Source of the DNA: Saccharofermentanales bacterium
GTDB lineage: Bacteria > Bacillota > Clostridia > Saccharofermentanales > UBA5734
Direction: 5' to 3'
NCBI GenBank assembly: GCA_038326615.1
Contig: JBBQKF010000006.1
Span: forward strand, 1-63,596
Length of the DNA: 63,596 bases
This document shows, piece by piece, positions 59,421 to 63,596 of this stretch. Within the stretch, counting starts at the first letter, position 1. The number at the start of each line of letters is the position of its first letter. Made by a program: the position numbers and the translations under genes. The notes below the pieces were generated by a model. It did not search any database. It was not told where the DNA came from and saw nothing but the letters and a program-made list of their open reading frames with translations.

Positions 59421-60335
59421 TCAATTCTTCTTATTTCTGAATTCAGAAGGAGTCGTTCCCGTAAGCTTTTTGAAAGTTAAATTGAAATGGCTAAGGTTAT
59501 GAAATCCACATCCCAATGCTATTTCTGTAATGCCACTATTTGTTGTTAATAATTTTTCTTTAACAAGTGAAATCTTTCTAGAGATTATATAATCAGAAAA
59601 ATTGCTTCCCATGGCATCCTTAAAAAGAACACTAAAGTGCTGCGGAGTCACATGTAATATGTCCGCATATGATTTTGAATCAATTCGTTCGATAACCTTT
59701 TTTGACTCGCTTCGTTTTATTTCATTAGCAAACGCATACGGCAATGAAATATTTCTCTCTATTTTCATAATTACAGGCTGCATCCGGAGCAATAGTTGCC
59801 TTTGCCCCTGATTGTTATTATCGGATTTGAAGTGACGGTAAAGCAAAGTAAGAAGTTCAAGAAGCTTTGCTTTAATCATTAACTGAAAGCCCGTTAACTT
59901 TTCACCATACTCCTTATCAATTTCAAGTACAAGCTTATTTACATCGCTAAAGTACGGATTGTTTTTTGATATTTTATTGCTAAAACCAATGCCGCGATCA
60001 ATAAATGCTTTCATATAGTTATAATCCAAAAGGTCCTTTGCACCAGACCAGATAAGCGATGGATTAAAAGTTATAATTAGTTGGGTTAATCCACCTGCAT
60101 CTGCTTGCATCCTATGAGGCTCGACATTATTGATAACCACCATTTCGCCTTTTTCAATTGGATATTCCCGGTCCTCTATGTAATAAGTACCAGATCCACT
60201 TTTTGCGAATGAAAGCTCAAAGCAATCGTGCCAGTGAAACACCTCACCCATTGTGTAGAGTGGTTCATGGATAGATTCATAAATAGAAAAAGGGAAGTCA
60301 TCCGGCAATTTTATTATTGCATGTTCAATAATCAT
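59421..60335 (-). CDS. AraC family regulator with cupin sensor domain
   Basis: FHWHDCFEL and EPH motifs; C-terminal ITEIALGCGFHNLSHFN...TPSEFR. Confidence 0.92.
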   Translation of the reverse strand: MIIEHAIIKLPDDFPFSIYESIHEPLYTMGEVFHWHDCFELSFAKSGSGTYYIEDREYPIEKGEMVVINNVEPHRMQADAGGLTQLIITFNPSLIWSGAKDLLDYNYMKAFIDRGIGFSNKISKNNPYFSDVNKLVLEIDKEYGEKLTGFQLMIKAKLLELLTLLYRHFKSDNNNQGQRQLLLRMQPVIMKIERNISLPYAFANEIKRSESKKVIERIDSKSYADILHVTPQHFSVLFKDAMGSNFSDYIISRKISLVKEKLLTTNSGITEIALGCGFHNLSHFNLTFKKLTGTTPSEFRNKKN

Positions 60336-60520
60336 TTGCTAAATTTACTCCCTTCTGAATTTAAATAAACTTATTTTTTAAAACTTATTCAAATTAATTT
60401 GGTGTTAAAATATGAAACTGGCTCTTTTGTTCCTTACAGTTAATTTGTTTTGAATTTTCATTAATAACTATTATTGCAAACTGTACTAGCACAATAGTAA
60501 TATAAACATTTATTATTGCC

Positions 60521-61594
60521 TCACATCAAGTTTGTTACGGTTTCAATTAATTTTTCTGCATCTTGTTGTGTAGGAGCGGATGTAGAGAAAACAAGCCCTT
60601 GCGGTGACAATTCTTTGAAATTATTAATAATTTCTTCGTTTGTCCAGTCATAAAGCCATAGTCCTTTGCCAGCTTTTTGGATTTTCTTAAGTAAATCCAT
60701 CCACTCAATCGATCTTGGTTGACCGTCCCCTGGCACCCACTGGATTACATCAATTTCTTTAATTGCTAAAATATCATCCAGATGTCCAAGCGCATCTTTG
60801 CCATCATAATGATAAACGCAATGGTCAAGAAATGAAGCTTCTTCTGCTATTGCAGGAATAACAAATTCTCTGGCTTGTGAAGGACTAATCATACAGGAAA
60901 AATCACACTGAATAACTGCAAATTTGCCAGATGGGGCATAAGTAGGAGCCCATCCCATAGAACCTGTTTTTGCCATATCGCCTGCTGTATATGCCATTTC
61001 AAAAACATCGTTATAAGTTTTTCTTACTTCATTTAAGACCCTGTGAACATCTTCGGGGCAATCCATTAGATCAAAGCAAAGATCTTGAGGTCCGCGTAAT
61101 GCGCTCAAAGCGTCCATGTTGCTATGGAGATCAAGCATTCCTATAACAAAATTGCTGTTTGCAAACTTGGTGCCATACTCCATGAACTTTTTCATTTTAG
61201 TATAATATGAGTCTTTGCATTTATCAAGTTTAACTTCGAAATTGCTCCAGTCATCAACGATACTGTGAACCCATGTGGTATCATAATCATCTTTTGCATT
61301 AATTTTCGCTCCAAGGAAAGCTGCATATTGATCAGGGCCAAGCGTCAAATTTACATAAGGAATAGCTTCTCCACCATAAAATGTTGTATCGACTGATTTC
61401 TGAAAAGATTCAAAAAACGGATCGTAATTCTCAGAAAGGCAAACTTGTGCTGCTATCCTGTCTGTTTGCATATGCCAAAAAGGAATTGTATCTTTTTTTG
61501 GGGAGGTCACACATATAAGCGGACGGTCGATTACTTCTTTTTGCCAAAAAGCGGCCCAATAATTTTTCTTACTATCAAAATCCTGGATATTCAT
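60521..61594 (-). CDS. Divergent URO-D superfamily protein (often labelled trimethylamine corrinoid protein 2-like)
   Basis: DRP, LGPD, DALSALRG, QCDFSCMISP, YHYDG and IQWVPG motifs. Confidence 0.7.
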   Translation of the reverse strand: MNIQDFDSKKNYWAAFWQKEVIDRPLICVTSPKKDTIPFWHMQTDRIAAQVCLSENYDPFFESFQKSVDTTFYGGEAIPYVNLTLGPDQYAAFLGAKINAKDDYDTTWVHSIVDDWSNFEVKLDKCKDSYYTKMKKFMEYGTKFANSNFVIGMLDLHSNMDALSALRGPQDLCFDLMDCPEDVHRVLNEVRKTYNDVFEMAYTAGDMAKTGSMGWAPTYAPSGKFAVIQCDFSCMISPSQAREFVIPAIAEEASFLDHCVYHYDGKDALGHLDDILAIKEIDVIQWVPGDGQPRSIEWMDLLKKIQKAGKGLWLYDWTNEEIINNFKELSPQGLVFSTSAPTQQDAEKLIETVTNLM

Positions 61595-61847
61595 ATATTA
61601 TATTCCTCCAATTTTATATTCACCATGCGATTTCACAAAGCGCTAGCATAATTATAAATAGTAAAGCACACAACTACTATATCATAATTTATGCAAAATG
61701 CGTGGTATTTTAAGATTGGCAAATATTTTTTCTGAAACTCGATATTCTTAATACTATATTAACTGCATATCCAAATCGGCCAAATGCTCTGTACCGCCTT
61801 CAATCATAATGGAACTGTTCATTTCTTCAAGGGTCAAATCAATTAGC

Positions 61848-61943
61848 GGTGCTCTTCTAGTGATATGTTTCTTTAAGCTGCACAGTATGCGTGTAAGCGC
61901 ACTATGTGAAAGGGTGCTCTTCTAGTGATATGTTTCTTTAAGC
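61848..61943. repeat. Two identical 31-bp direct repeats around a 34-bp spacer
   Basis: GGTGCTCTTCTAGTGATATGTTTCTTTAAGC at 61848 and 61913. Confidence 0.9.
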
Positions 61944-61956
61944 CTTGCGGTAAAAA

Positions 61957-62436
61957 TTATTTTACAGCAACTAAAGTGCCATCTGTAATACTTAATAAGG
62001 CAGCTGGAGTAAGTTTAAATACTGCATTTGGAGTTCCGGCAGCAGCCCAGATTTCTTCATGCTTTAACAGATCTTCATCAATTAGCGTTTTAATTGCTTT
62101 TTTGTGTCCGATCGGTGGAATACCTCCAATTGCAAAGCCAGTACTTTCCAAAACAAAATCAGCATCAGCTTTTTCAAGTTTCTGCCCAACTATTTTCCTT
62201 ATCTTTTTTTCATCTATTCTATTTGGTCCACTGGCTATTATTAATAATGGTTCCTTTGAGTCTTTACACTTAAAAATGATTGATTTGGCTATTTGTTCAA
62301 CAGTACAACCAATTGAATCTGCAGCTTCTTGGGCTGTGCGAGTTGATTCAGCAAATTCTTTGATATTGATGTCTAACCCAAATTGATTTAGGGCATCTTG
62401 GATTATCTGAGCACTTTTCTTAAGATTATTTTCCAT
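61957..62436 (-). CDS. YbaK/EbsC family aminoacyl-tRNA editing protein
   Basis: TRTAQEAA, QIAKS, TGFAIGGIPP and WAAAG motifs. Confidence 0.9.
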   Translation of the reverse strand: MENNLKKSAQIIQDALNQFGLDINIKEFAESTRTAQEAADSIGCTVEQIAKSIIFKCKDSKEPLLIIASGPNRIDEKKIRKIVGQKLEKADADFVLESTGFAIGGIPPIGHKKAIKTLIDEDLLKHEEIWAAAGTPNAVFKLTPAALLSITDGTLVAVK

Positions 62437-62531
62437 TCAAACTTCCTCCTTTGGTGAAAATGATATATAATTATATGTATGTTTTATTATACAATAAGTC
62501 AATATAACATACAAGTGTAGATGGAGGATAT

Positions 62532-63086
62532 ATGAAAGATTTCAATTTAATTATTGGTCATAATCTGAAGAAAATTAGAAGGCAGAAACAAATAAGTTTA
62601 GATAAAGTTGCAGAACTGACAGGTGTTAGTAAAGGAATGTTGGCACAGATAGAGAAAGGAACGTCCAATCCTACAGTTACAGTTTTATGGAAAATTGCTA
62701 CAGGATTGAATGTTTCATTTTCGTACTTTATGGAAGAATCAGAAGAAGAATTGCATATCGTTTCAAAATTTACGACAAAGCCTTTGCTGGAGGAAAATGG
62801 GAAGATGAGGGTTTACCCACTATTTTCCTATGACATTGAGAGAAAATTTGAAGTATTTACAATTGTATTATACCCTGATTGTGAGCATCGATCAGAGGCC
62901 CATACTCAGGGTGTTGAAGAAAATATTATTGTTACAAAAGGAAATATGTTATTGATGATTGGGGAAAAGATGATTCAATTAGTTGAAGGAGATGCAATTC
63001 GGTATAAGGCTGATATTCCACATGGATATAAAAATACCACCGAAAGTGAAGTTGTCTTTCAACAAATTATTTATTACTCAAGATAA
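62532..63086 (+). CDS. XRE-family HTH regulator with C-terminal cupin
   Basis: SLDKVAELTGVSKGMLAQIEKG...NPT, H...EE and ADIPHGY motifs. Confidence 0.9.
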   Translation: MKDFNLIIGHNLKKIRRQKQISLDKVAELTGVSKGMLAQIEKGTSNPTVTVLWKIATGLNVSFSYFMEESEEELHIVSKFTTKPLLEENGKMRVYPLFSYDIERKFEVFTIVLYPDCEHRSEAHTQGVEENIIVTKGNMLLMIGEKMIQLVEGDAIRYKADIPHGYKNTTESEVVFQQIIYYSR

Positions 63087-63507
63087 GCGTCTATGAGATG
63101 AACAAGAACAAATAAAGATATGATCTAAATTATATAAGGACGTTTAATAAGCGTTTATACTATTATTATGTGAGAGCGGTTTTTTAGTTTTTACTTGACA
63201 CAGGCTGAGCCATACGACAGTAAGAAAAACTTCCGAAAAACTACTGTTAGTAAACCTTGATGATATAATTATATGTGTGCTAACGGAACGTCAGTGGGTT
63301 AGATGAGTGATTTATGGCTAGCGTGACTTTCCTACAATATGCGTTGCAATAACGACTAAAAACCACGAAAATACGCACGACGACGGCGTTTCAGTGGTTT
63401 TTATTTTACTCAAATTTGTATAGTTAACTATATATTTCTGTAAATCTTTATTGAAAATGGTTATATAAAGGTGTATAGTTAATTATAAGAAGAATTGAGG
63501 TGATGAT

Positions 63508-63596
63508 ATGGCAAGTTTGCAGAAAAAGCACATCAAAGGTCACGATTACTGGTACATTGTCGAATCCAAGCGAATAAATGGCAAGCCGACGCCCAT
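63508..63596 (+). mobile_element. 5' end of a probable IS1634-family transposase (runs off the window)
   Basis: RBS GAGGTG; MASLQKKHIKGHDYWYIVESKRINGKPTP resembles IS1634-type N-termini. Confidence 0.6.

Noticed and set aside
61848-61943. CRISPR array
   Set aside because: Only two repeats, no typical repeat termini, no leader and no cas genes; kept only as a repeat finding
63278-63304. attC-like site (TGCTAAC...GTTAGAT)
   Set aside because: Only 13 bp between the core sites, single copy, no integrase

Overview
AT-rich chromosomal segment of a clostridial-type Firmicute (inferred from gene content, T-boxes and sigma-A promoters). Housekeeping blocks are panT-coaX, rpmG-secE-nusG-rplKAJL (with no rpoB after rplL), tRNA-Val(CAC), lipB-lipA and a T-box-controlled trpEGDCFBA operon. 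The main accessory theme is five uroporphyrinogen-decarboxylase (URO-D/MtaA) superfamily proteins in three loci, two coupled to monosaccharide ABC importers and YesMN-type two-component systems and one to an AraC regulator. None is HemE and no corrinoid partner is in the window; they are a candidate uncharacterised pathway for methylated or modified sugars. Other notable items: an ABC exporter-DUF1854-ABC exporter trio with N-terminal Zn ribbons; an intact Tyr T-box in front of a 40-codon tyrS stub, directly upstream of the Trp T-box; a LipA with a ~129-aa in-frame acidic insertion; two MITE families of three copies each (one with perfect 6-bp target duplications); a REP-like cluster that supplies the trpD stop codon; many tandem repeats; a single 31/34/31-bp repeat-spacer-repeat unit; and the start of a probable IS1634 transposase at the right edge. 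No cas genes or true CRISPR array were seen. All family calls come from motif recognition, not database searches.
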